64,000 nt of DNA from contig JAPKZK010000020.1 of the NCBI GenBank assembly GCA_026393835.1, positions 13,034 to 77,033 on the forward strand, written 5' to 3'. Below the pieces are notes generated by a model that saw only the letters and a list, made by a program, of their open reading frames with translations, was not told where the DNA came from and made no database searches. A program made the position numbers and the translations under genes. The DNA is from Candidatus Aminicenantes bacterium (GTDB lineage Bacteria; Acidobacteriota; Aminicenantia; UBA2199). Positions 8,771 through 16,728 of this stretch are shown in pieces; positions within the stretch are counted from its first letter, which is position 1; each line of letters starts with the position of its first letter.

Positions 8771-11472
8771 TAGTTGACCTCCTCCTTTTCGGCTGGTACT
8801 TTTTCAAAATCCAGAGTAAATTGAGCTCCTTTCATCTCCGGCAATCTATTCTTCGAGGACGTCCGGTATATATCGCCTTTCATAGATTGCATATAATGTT
8901 TACAAATATACAAACCAAGTCCACTCGGTGGAATTTTCAAACTGTAACCGGGTTCAAAGAGATAGGGCAATATCGCATTGTGAATACCGGAACCACTGTC
9001 GGTAAATAATAAGGTCCTATATTTTGAATCAAATTTAATTCGTATTATTTTTTCCATCGATTCGTCCTCGGTATCCAGCCAATATAAACTATTGTCGAAC
9101 AAATTTGAAAAAATTTGGACTATTTGTCCATATCGAGCGTAAATGAAAAAATCATCAGTGTCTTCAATTTCCGCCATGATATTGGCTTGCTCGAGCTTAT
9201 TTTTATAAATATCCAAGACATATTCCAATGCGTCAAATAGCTTAAACTTCACTTTTTTTTCGCTTTTTATCGCGCGTAATGGACTTAATCTTTTTAACTC
9301 TGAGTTAAGAGATGCTGATGACTCAACTATTTCCTTCATTTTTTCTTCATTAAATGGTTTTTTCTTAAGGGCTTCGGTTATTCCGTAGTAAAAATTTGAC
9401 GTAATTTTTGCAATTTCATGAATCGATACGGCTATCGCCAAACCGAAACCAGCTTGTTCCGTAAGTAGTTCTTTCTGTTGATTGATAAGTTTAAGACTGT
9501 CTCCTAAATTTTTAAGTGATAATTCGAGATTTATCAATTTTTCTTTTCTTTCTGAAGGTTCACCCATCTCTGCAAGAATGCCATGAGGATCTTCTTCAAT
9601 TGGATAATTATTTTTGATATTATTGACGAGAGTCTCATTTTGCTTCACAAAAGCCCTTAACTTCTTAGGATCTCTTATGATATCTTTCGTTAACGAATAA
9701 TAACTATCGCGTTTTCCTTGAAAATGTATCTCGACAAGAAGAATTACAGCTTTGGTAAGATTAATAAAATCATTATATGCGTCATTCTTTATTAGCCCCT
9801 CTCGATCGGTTTTATCTATTAAATTCAAATTATTGGTTTGATCCAATTCGATATTTCCAATCATATTGTAATAAGACATATGTTTTCCTTTTTTAATGTG
9901 CCTATTTGCAAGATCGAGCCAATCTATTTGCGCTCCCCATTCCGCCGGAAAGATATTAATGCCGTCTCTAAATACAGATATTCCGCCGAAATGATATAAA
10001 TAATCCAGCATTAAATCTTGATTAGGACCGTCAATCCAAGGAGGTTTTCTATACCAGACATCCAAATGCATAAAAAAAGCCCCACATTTAGGTTTTCTAA
10101 ACTTGTCGCTTAAAACGGCTTTCCATTTTGGCGATTCTATTTTTTTTAAATCAAAATTATTGTCTTTAATAACTTCCTCAGGCATAGGAACGGCCGGTTG
10201 CGGAGGTTTAAATTTAAGTGTATAATCCAATATACCTTCTTCAGTAACCAAACCGTCGAAGCTAAAAACAGGTTCAAATTCTTCCGAGATCAAACTGTCA
10301 GGCAAATCAGTATATTGAGGGCATTCTAAATAAGCCCGAAAAAATTCTTTTTTTGTCCCAGGGTGCGGATTGGGAGAGTTTAATCTTAAAATAGATAGAT
10401 TAAGTTCTTCAAGTGCGGTCTTATCCCAATGAAAGCCATCTCGTCCACCGAAAATGATCATTTGAGTGCCGGAACCCTTTATCCCATAATCACGAGTAAT
10501 TTTTTGACGCGTTAAACTTACACCGATCGAACTGAGATCGACTGTGGCATTCGATATGCAATCGAATTTATCCCAATCTATTTTTAAGACATATTCATAA
10601 TCCAATTCTTTTATTTTAGTATTAATGATCAGGTTCTTCCCCAGCCTATGCGAAGCGAATCTTCCGACTCCTTTTTCTCCCAATGGGATACGAGTTTTAG
10701 ATTCTTTTTTCAATTGCTTGGTTAAGCTGTCATAAGTCCCCAATGTTCCGGAGTCGAGAGCTTTTTGTCTTTCTCTTTTTATTTGTTCTTTGACATTGGT
10801 TTTAAGAGTCGATGCGGGGCGAAGCCAACCGACTTCAATAACTTCTTTCGTCATCCCGACTCCATCGTCTTCTACGACTATGACTGGTCCGTCATATTCA
10901 TTGAACTCATACATACTCTCGTCGATTATATGAAGCCCTTCGATTTTTTCAATTCTCACCCGGCAATAGCTTGCTTGTGCATCGTAGGCATTTTTTATCA
11001 ATTCGAGAATCCCTACTTTTTCAGAAGCGATCAATTGCTCACCCAATACTTTTATTAAATGGGCGTCGGATTTGAAATTTAATTGAATTCCCCCGTCGAG
11101 ACATATTTCGTCCAGGTCTTTTTCGGGTATTCTGCGAACCGCATCCTGGGGGTTGTAATGGGGCGCTGTTTCCCGCGGTCCTTCTTCGGTATCGAATGGA
11201 ACCGGGTTTGAGAACGGTTTAAAATCGCTTATCTCTACAAAATAAAAACCTTCCTCTCGTTGATCTTTAAAGGGCGGTTTCTTGATTTTCCCGTAACCGT
11301 AATATTCTCCCTTACCGTTTCGCTTCGGCTCATAATAAACAAACTCGATTACAAGTGCAGATAAAAGTTTGAGATACTTTCCCGGGAAATGGTAGAATTT
11401 TCCGACGAAATCGTTATATTCAGAGCCTTCTCTGCATTGGTCGAGCACTAAGAAGTTGTTTTTTGCGTCCAT
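8770..11472 (-). CDS. Three-module protein: N-terminal reader-like domain, MORC/HATPase_c_3-type GHKL ATPase, and a C-terminal HisKA-like plus HATPase_c histidine-kinase module
   Basis: 900 aa. GHKL module 1 has ELIKNAYDA (N-box, aa ~157), VEDDGVGM (G1) and GEKGVGRFA (G2). The C-terminal module has an H-box AVSIHEIAKI (His685, nt 9418..9420), an N-box IFSNLFDNSLYW, G1 DSGSGI and G2 SGLGLYICKHY. The N-terminal ~100 aa read KFYHFPGKY...FVYYEPKR...YYGYGKI...FYFVEISDFKPFSNPVPF. Confidence 0.6.
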   Translation of the reverse strand: MDAKNNFLVLDQCREGSEYNDFVGKFYHFPGKYLKLLSALVIEFVYYEPKRNGKGEYYGYGKIKKPPFKDQREEGFYFVEISDFKPFSNPVPFDTEEGPRETAPHYNPQDAVRRIPEKDLDEICLDGGIQLNFKSDAHLIKVLGEQLIASEKVGILELIKNAYDAQASYCRVRIEKIEGLHIIDESMYEFNEYDGPVIVVEDDGVGMTKEVIEVGWLRPASTLKTNVKEQIKRERQKALDSGTLGTYDSLTKQLKKESKTRIPLGEKGVGRFASHRLGKNLIINTKIKELDYEYVLKIDWDKFDCISNATVDLSSIGVSLTRQKITRDYGIKGSGTQMIIFGGRDGFHWDKTALEELNLSILRLNSPNPHPGTKKEFFRAYLECPQYTDLPDSLISEEFEPVFSFDGLVTEEGILDYTLKFKPPQPAVPMPEEVIKDNNFDLKKIESPKWKAVLSDKFRKPKCGAFFMHLDVWYRKPPWIDGPNQDLMLDYLYHFGGISVFRDGINIFPAEWGAQIDWLDLANRHIKKGKHMSYYNMIGNIELDQTNNLNLIDKTDREGLIKNDAYNDFINLTKAVILLVEIHFQGKRDSYYSLTKDIIRDPKKLRAFVKQNETLVNNIKNNYPIEEDPHGILAEMGEPSERKEKLINLELSLKNLGDSLKLINQQKELLTEQAGFGLAIAVSIHEIAKITSNFYYGITEALKKKPFNEEKMKEIVESSASLNSELKRLSPLRAIKSEKKVKFKLFDALEYVLDIYKNKLEQANIMAEIEDTDDFFIYARYGQIVQIFSNLFDNSLYWLDTEDESMEKIIRIKFDSKYRTLLFTDSGSGIHNAILPYLFEPGYSLKIPPSGLGLYICKHYMQSMKGDIYRTSSKNRLPEMKGAQFTLDFEKVPAEKEEVN

Positions 11473-11528
11473 TTTACCTGCTTACTTTTTCGTCTTCGTT
11501 TTGATTTTAAACCCAAACCGAATGTATA

Positions 11529-11557
11529 AATATAAACCATCTTGATTCAAAAATCAA
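11529..11557 (-). promoter_or_regulatory. Putative sigma70-type promoter for the 11472..5871 operon
   Basis: On the minus strand it reads TTGATT-17 nt-TATATT, about 55 nt upstream of the ATG at 11472. It overlaps a small hairpin, tcttgatt/aatcaaga. Confidence 0.3.
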
Positions 11558-11618
11558 GAGCGAATATTCCGGTAATATACCATTTTTTTCCATACCGACC
11601 CCTTTAACCAGATATACT

Positions 11619-11915
11619 CTACGTACATCGGGTATTGGAATATTTCCGTAAAGTAATGAATTTTGTCGGTCTTCCAAAATCCCAATTCCCGGCGGCTTCC
11701 TTAACCAATGGCGAAGGGTCCGGGAGATTGTCTTTGAATTTATTATAGGTATCGATAACCGCGTCTTTGGTGTTTTCAAGGACGCAGTCCATACGGCGCA
11801 AAACCACGAAAGGCAGTATCACATCGCCATATTCATGCTGTTTAAACGCGCCCCTTAAGATATCATCCGCCACCTGCCGGATAAAATTGGCCTTATCCTT
11901 GAAATTGTTCATCAA
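11619..11915 (-). pseudogene. hsdM: Truncated N-terminal fragment of a type I R-M methyltransferase (HsdM-like)
   Basis: KANFIRQVADDILRGAFKQHEYGDVILPFVVLRRMDCVLENTKDAV matches the conserved N-terminus of HsdM / N6-adenine MTases. The frame terminates after ~98 aa and no catalytic domain follows. Confidence 0.7.
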
Positions 11916-12041
11916 GACCTCTCTTGTAAAATATTATTAGAAAGCATTGCACCACCTTTTGCAATTAAAATAAAGTTAGCCGCGAAGAACGCGAAGGACC
12001 GCGAAGAGAGAAAAATTTTGCCTGTCTCCTTCTCCTTTTCC

Positions 12042-12067
12042 GTAGGGGCAGGCCCCCGTGTCTGCCC
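12042..12067. repeat. GTAGGG-hairpin REP-like element (gtaggggcaggc-ccccgt-gtctgccc)
   Basis: Imperfect 8-bp stem preceded by GTAGGG. Related copies are at 49588..49613 (inverted orientation, perfect stem) and 55809..55872 (twin copy). Confidence 0.6.
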
Positions 12068-12158
12068 GATTTTGGAAATAAAAAAGCGATAATTGTTAAT
12101 TGTTCTGACCTCTTTACCATTTTCCCCAGGAACATGGCATTTTCCAAAAGCGCCGCGA

Positions 12159-12305
12159 CCATTCCCGCATCTGCCGGCGCCATTCCCGCGGTTGCCGTGG
12201 CCATTCCCGCACCTGCCGGGACCATTCCCGCACCTGCCGGGACCATTCCCGCATCTGCCGGGGCCATGTTTACGATTGCCGGCGCCATGTGTCAGGGAGT
12301 AGGCG
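12159..12305. repeat. Tandem array of a 21-bp unit (ccattcccgcacctgccggga), 5 good and 2 degenerate copies
   Basis: Units start at 12159, 12180, 12201, 12222 and 12243, followed by two decayed units. ORFs on both strands across it (GNGPGRC / PFPHLPG heptads) have no start or RBS context and are probably artefacts of the 21-nt period. Confidence 0.85.
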
Positions 12306-12309
12306 GACA

Positions 12310-12365
12310 TTGGTCATTGGTCATTAACAATTAACCATTAACAATTGGCAATTAACAATTATCCC
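12310..12365. repeat. Heptanucleotide microsatellite (cattggt/cattaac/aattaac/aattggc, about 8 units)
   Basis: The sequence reads cattggtcattggtcattaacaattaaccattaacaattggcaattaacaatt when read directly. Confidence 0.8.
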
Positions 12366-12428
12366 TTTTCCTTGTCCATAATAGTAATAAATTTGCCTCT
12401 CCCCTTCTCCTTCTTATTATCAGCGCAA

Positions 12429-12554
12429 TAGTTTTCCCGCGCACAAATATAGTTTCCCCACGCACAGAAATAGTTCCGCCGCGCACAGATGTAGTTTTCC
12501 CGTGCAACGATAATGACCTCCCGCACAACAAAATAGTCATTAAATGCAGCGCCC
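12429..12554. repeat. Second 21-bp-phased degenerate tandem array (tagttttcccgcgcacaaata-like, about 6 units)
   Basis: The tag anchor recurs at 12429, 12450, 12471, 12492 and 12534, which is exact 21-nt phasing with one decayed unit at 12513. It shares a ttcccgc core with the 12159 array. Confidence 0.75.
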
Positions 12555-12904
12555 AGGTATCCCTACGCCCTGGAAATGGTTTCCTATTGACCGCTAATGG
12601 CCTTCTTTCTCGCTATTTACTCTTATTCCTTTATAAAACGATCTTTTCAGTGGGTTAATCCATTCTGCCCTGGAGACAAACCGTTCGCCTTAATCTGTTT
12701 CCGGGTTTCCCCTTTCGCGCCTTTTCTCCTATCCGCTTTAGCTCTGTACTCATTGTTCATTCACTCGTTGTATATTGTATAGTGACAATGTTTCTACCTC
12801 AGCGGGCATATAACGTGTAGAGAATGTTTTAAATTGGCGAATGGCGGGCGCCGGGTAACCGGCATTCCTACCGCGACAATAATGCTACTTTATTTTATGG
12901 CAAT

Positions 12905-14008
12905 CTAAAATAAGAACTCCCCGACGGCGCTAAAGATACGTTTAAAAAGTTCCTCCAGGTCCGAGAAGGAATTTAGGATAATAAATACCACTACCACTAC
13001 CGCCAACAAAATCCATAAAACCGATCTTCGCTTCGACTTTGTTTTCGTTTTCGTTCCTTTTGGAGTTCCCGGCGACCTGGGTTTTTCTAAAATTTTGGGT
13101 TTTTCCTTCGGCAGTACCGCGGTCCGGGTCTTAGAATCGACGCTCTTTGTTTTACCGCGGGTATTAATGGAACCATCGGCTTTTGAATTTACTTTTGTAG
13201 GTGTAAGATTCATAAGATTTTTAATGATTTCATTCAATTCCCTCCGGGAGTGGGGCCGTTTTTTCTTTTGCTTGGCCATCATCCTATCGATGATGGGTTG
13301 GTAGTATTTCAACGCCGACGGCAATACCGGTACGGGATCTTTCAGGTGTTTCATGGCAATGCCCAGGGTATCGTCGGCGTCATAAGGGGCTTTACCGGTG
13401 AGCATTTCGTACAGGACAACCCCCAACGAATAGATATCGCTGCGGCCGTCCAGGGATTCCGCATTGCATTGCTCGGGACTCATGTATTGGGGTGTGCCGA
13501 TGGACATGCCGGTTTTGGTTAATTTTGTTTTGGAATCCATGACTTTGGCAATGCCGAAATCCAGTACTACGGGCGCGCCGTCTTTCCTGAACAGGATATT
13601 ATCGGGCTTGATATCCCTGTGAACTACCCCCTTGTCATGGGCAAAGAACAACGCATCGCCCACCGGCATTATAATGTGAAGCGCTTCTTCCGGCGCGACT
13701 CGGCGGTCTTTTTTGATTTTATCTTTCAAGCTGTCCTGGAGGTATTCCATTACTATATAGTAATAGTGGTCCTTTTGGCCGACATCGTAAATGGTTACGA
13801 TATTGGGATGGATCAGCCGGGACAATGTCCGCGCCTCTTTGACGAACCGTTTGGCCAGGCGCGGGTTCCTGGCGGTCTGCAAGTTCAGGACTTTTATTGC
13901 CACCATGCGGCTGAGGTTTTCCTGTACCCCCAGGTAGACATCCGCCATACCGCCCTGACCGAGCTTCTTTTTGATCTTGTAACCGGGAATATCGGGAAAT
14001 TCAGCCAT
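12905..14008 (-). CDS. Ser/Thr protein kinase (Hanks type) with a C-terminal basic linker and a TM anchor
   Basis: 367 aa with LGQGGMADVY (G-loop), VAIK, HRDIKPDNILF, DFGIAK, GTPQYMSPE and a C-terminal WILLAVVVVVFIIL helix. Confidence 0.9.
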   Translation of the reverse strand: MAEFPDIPGYKIKKKLGQGGMADVYLGVQENLSRMVAIKVLNLQTARNPRLAKRFVKEARTLSRLIHPNIVTIYDVGQKDHYYYIVMEYLQDSLKDKIKKDRRVAPEEALHIIMPVGDALFFAHDKGVVHRDIKPDNILFRKDGAPVVLDFGIAKVMDSKTKLTKTGMSIGTPQYMSPEQCNAESLDGRSDIYSLGVVLYEMLTGKAPYDADDTLGIAMKHLKDPVPVLPSALKYYQPIIDRMMAKQKKKRPHSRRELNEIIKNLMNLTPTKVNSKADGSINTRGKTKSVDSKTRTAVLPKEKPKILEKPRSPGTPKGTKTKTKSKRRSVLWILLAVVVVVFIILNSFSDLEELFKRIFSAVGEFLF

Positions 14009-14173
14009 TTAAAACCTCCTCTGACTCTTATCCCAGGAAATATAAGTTTAGATTTTATAAAAATCCCAGGATAATGTAAAGGGTGTAAAGTGGGAAAATA
14101 GGGCAAAAAATTGTAATTCCTTTTGTATTGAGCTATAATTGATTCTAACAAAAAAACGAAAAGGAGTTATTCT

Positions 14174-15637
14174 ATGACACTCAATATTCTAACTATGAAA
14201 AAAAGGATTTTGTATACTCTTTGTTTGGGGGTAATGATGATGATACCTTGCACCGGCATCCGGGGTTCGGATAACAGTAATGTCCCGTTCGCCATCTATT
14301 TTGAAGACAAGACCATGAGGCTCGATTATTTCCATTCGGGGAATTCTGACCAGGAGCATTTTGCAGTGGACCGAATCGTTTCCGATGGAAAGTGGGCGGG
14401 CAGTAAAACTTTACTTAACGATGACTTAAACCTGGGTTTATACCGGTTTGAAATCTTCGCGAAAGAGAACGATGTACTTCTCTTCTCAGAGGGTTTTGCC
14501 AGCATCTTCGGCGAATGGCAAACCACGGGCGAAGCCAAAAAAGAGTGGGGCGCTTTCCACGAATCGATACGGTTTCCCTGGCCCAAAAAGCCGGTGAAGG
14601 TCGTTATAAAAAAGAGGAATAACTTGAATCGATTTGCAGCGCTGTGGAATACTGAAATCGATCCGGGCTCACGCCGCGTGAATCCCGAGGATTTGATACA
14701 GGCCAACAATATATTTACGGTCATGGAAAACGGCCCAACCGAGAAAAAAGTGGATATCGTTGTCCTGGGAGATGGGTATTCAAAAGAAGAAATGGGAAAA
14801 TTCCGCGGTGATACCCAACGCCTGATAGACGCGATGTTCAACGTAGAACCTTACAAATCCAGGAAAGCGGATTTCAACGTCCGGGCAGTGGAAACTCCTG
14901 CGCCGGTTTCCGGGGTCAGCCGGCCCCATTTCGGCGTCTTTAAACGCACCCCGTTATCGGTTCATTACAGCAGCTTCGATTCCGAGCGCTACGCCCTGAC
15001 CTATGATAACCGAACGGTGCGGGACATTGCTGCCGCGGTTCCTTATGAATCCATGATCATTCTAATCAATGAAAGGACCTACGGCGGCGGCGGTATTTAT
15101 GGTCTATATGCATCGTTGGCCGCCGACAACGCTTTTTCCGATTATCTTATCATCCATGAGTTCGGGCATCATTTTGCCGGGTTGGCGGATGAGTATTATA
15201 CCTCCCAGGTTTCATACGAATTGGACGAAAAAATCGCGGTAGAACCCTGGGAACCGAATGTTACGGCCCTGCTGGATAAGGATAACTTAAAATGGCAAGA
15301 CCTGGTAAAACCGGGAACCCCGATTCCTACGCCGTGGGAGAAAGGGGCTTTCGATGCATACAGCATATCGATCCAAAAAGAGAGGCAGCGTTTAAGAGAA
15401 ACCAGGGCCAAAGAGGAAGTAATGGAAGCGCTTTTTCAAAAGGAAAAGGAAAAAGAAATTGAAATGTTTTCTAAAATGAAATACGCCGGCGCAGCCGGGG
15501 CCTTTGAAGGGGCCGCATACTTTTCCAAAGGGATGTATCGCTCAGCCATTAATTGTATCATGTTCACCCGGGATTTAACATTCTGCCCGGTGTGCCAACG
15601 GTCCATCAGCCGCGTCATCGACCGGTACACCCGATAG
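14174..15637 (+). CDS. M64-family (IgA-peptidase-like) zinc metallopeptidase, secreted
   Basis: 487 aa with a signal peptide, a VDIVVLGDGY core and the HEFGHHFAGLADEY zinc site typical of peptidase M64. Confidence 0.8.
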   Translation: MTLNILTMKKRILYTLCLGVMMMIPCTGIRGSDNSNVPFAIYFEDKTMRLDYFHSGNSDQEHFAVDRIVSDGKWAGSKTLLNDDLNLGLYRFEIFAKENDVLLFSEGFASIFGEWQTTGEAKKEWGAFHESIRFPWPKKPVKVVIKKRNNLNRFAALWNTEIDPGSRRVNPEDLIQANNIFTVMENGPTEKKVDIVVLGDGYSKEEMGKFRGDTQRLIDAMFNVEPYKSRKADFNVRAVETPAPVSGVSRPHFGVFKRTPLSVHYSSFDSERYALTYDNRTVRDIAAAVPYESMIILINERTYGGGGIYGLYASLAADNAFSDYLIIHEFGHHFAGLADEYYTSQVSYELDEKIAVEPWEPNVTALLDKDNLKWQDLVKPGTPIPTPWEKGAFDAYSISIQKERQRLRETRAKEEVMEALFQKEKEKEIEMFSKMKYAGAAGAFEGAAYFSKGMYRSAINCIMFTRDLTFCPVCQRSISRVIDRYTR

Positions 15638-15711
15638 GGAAATTACTCTAGCCGTATAAGTCAAAAAGAGGTTCTTTTGACAGGTTAATGGATTTCCAAT
15701 AGAATTTAAAA

Positions 15712-16728
15712 ATGGAAGAATTTAAAAAACCGGCGTCGCTCAAGCAAGGCCTTATGCCCTACATGAAGAAGGTATCCATTATCATGCCCTGTTATAATGA
15801 AGAAAAATTTATCGCCCGCGCCATTGAAACCCTGGTAGACGATTATGTGCTGGAAAACGCGGAAATTCTCGTGGTGGACGGCCAAAGCACCGACCAAACG
15901 GCGGCCATTGTAACCGGGTTCATGGAAAAAGGCGACCCGGTTAAGCTGCTGGAAAATGAAAAGAAATTGCAGTGCCATGGTCTCAACCTTGGGATTTCAG
16001 TCGCTGTAGGAGAGTTCGTCGTGAGGGTAGATGCCCATAGTACTTACCCGGAAGGCTACGTAAAAAAGTTGGTCCACTTACTGGAAACCACGGATGCCGT
16101 CAACGTGGGCGGCGTGATGTCGCCGACGGGGCAACCACCGGTGCAGCAAGCCATTGCCCTTGCCATGCAGCACCCCATCGGCGTGGGGGACGCTAAATTT
16201 CACCTGGGGAATTTCAAAGGGTATGTGGATACGGTTTACCTGGGCGCTTTTCGCAAACGTATTTTTGAAACCGTGGGCTTGTTCGACACGAACTGTCGCA
16301 CCAATGAGGACGCGGAATTGAATATCCGGCTGCTAAAAGCGGGAGAGAAAATATACCTGGACAGTTCCATCCAGGTGGAATATCTTCCCAGGGATACATT
16401 TGGGAAATTGGCGCTCCAATATTTTCGCTACGGCATGGGCCGGGCGTATACCACGGTCAAACACCGGCTGTTTACTTCTTACCGGCAGGCGGCCCCCCCG
16501 CTCCTGGCGATTGGTCTGGCTGCTTCATTGGGCCTAAGTTTTTTAAATCCCTTATTCCTTTTATTTTGGGCGTGTTATATCCTGGCCATTGCGGCGGTTG
16601 CTTTATTTACCTGGCCGGGGCGAAACATTTCAATAAAACTCCGTGTTCTGATGGGCATCGCCTTCATGGTGATGCACACTACCTGGGGAACCGGGTTCCT
16701 TAGCTTTTTTATCAAGAGGACAAAATGA
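15712..16728 (+). CDS. Family 2 glycosyltransferase with C-terminal TM helices
   Basis: 338 aa with VSIIMPCYNEEKFI and VVDGQSTDQT, a DxH/ED region and a hydrophobic C-terminus. Confidence 0.8.
   Translation: MEEFKKPASLKQGLMPYMKKVSIIMPCYNEEKFIARAIETLVDDYVLENAEILVVDGQSTDQTAAIVTGFMEKGDPVKLLENEKKLQCHGLNLGISVAVGEFVVRVDAHSTYPEGYVKKLVHLLETTDAVNVGGVMSPTGQPPVQQAIALAMQHPIGVGDAKFHLGNFKGYVDTVYLGAFRKRIFETVGLFDTNCRTNEDAELNIRLLKAGEKIYLDSSIQVEYLPRDTFGKLALQYFRYGMGRAYTTVKHRLFTSYRQAAPPLLAIGLAASLGLSFLNPLFLLFWACYILAIAAVALFTWPGRNISIKLRVLMGIAFMVMHTTWGTGFLSFFIKRTK

Noticed and set aside
12159-12305. Possibility that the 21-bp arrays (also 29222..29670 and 32056..32202) are CRISPR arrays
   Set aside because: The units are contiguous with no unique spacers, the repeats are degenerate, there is no leader or cas gene in the window, and 21 bp is shorter than known CRISPR repeats.
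11912-12540. ORFs spanning the 21-bp arrays (11912..12310, 11965..12288, 12093..12302, 12134..12334, 12352..12540)
   Set aside because: The open frames occur on both strands simply because the period is a multiple of 3. They give heptad low-complexity products with no RBS or start context. A real repeat protein cannot be fully excluded without expression data.
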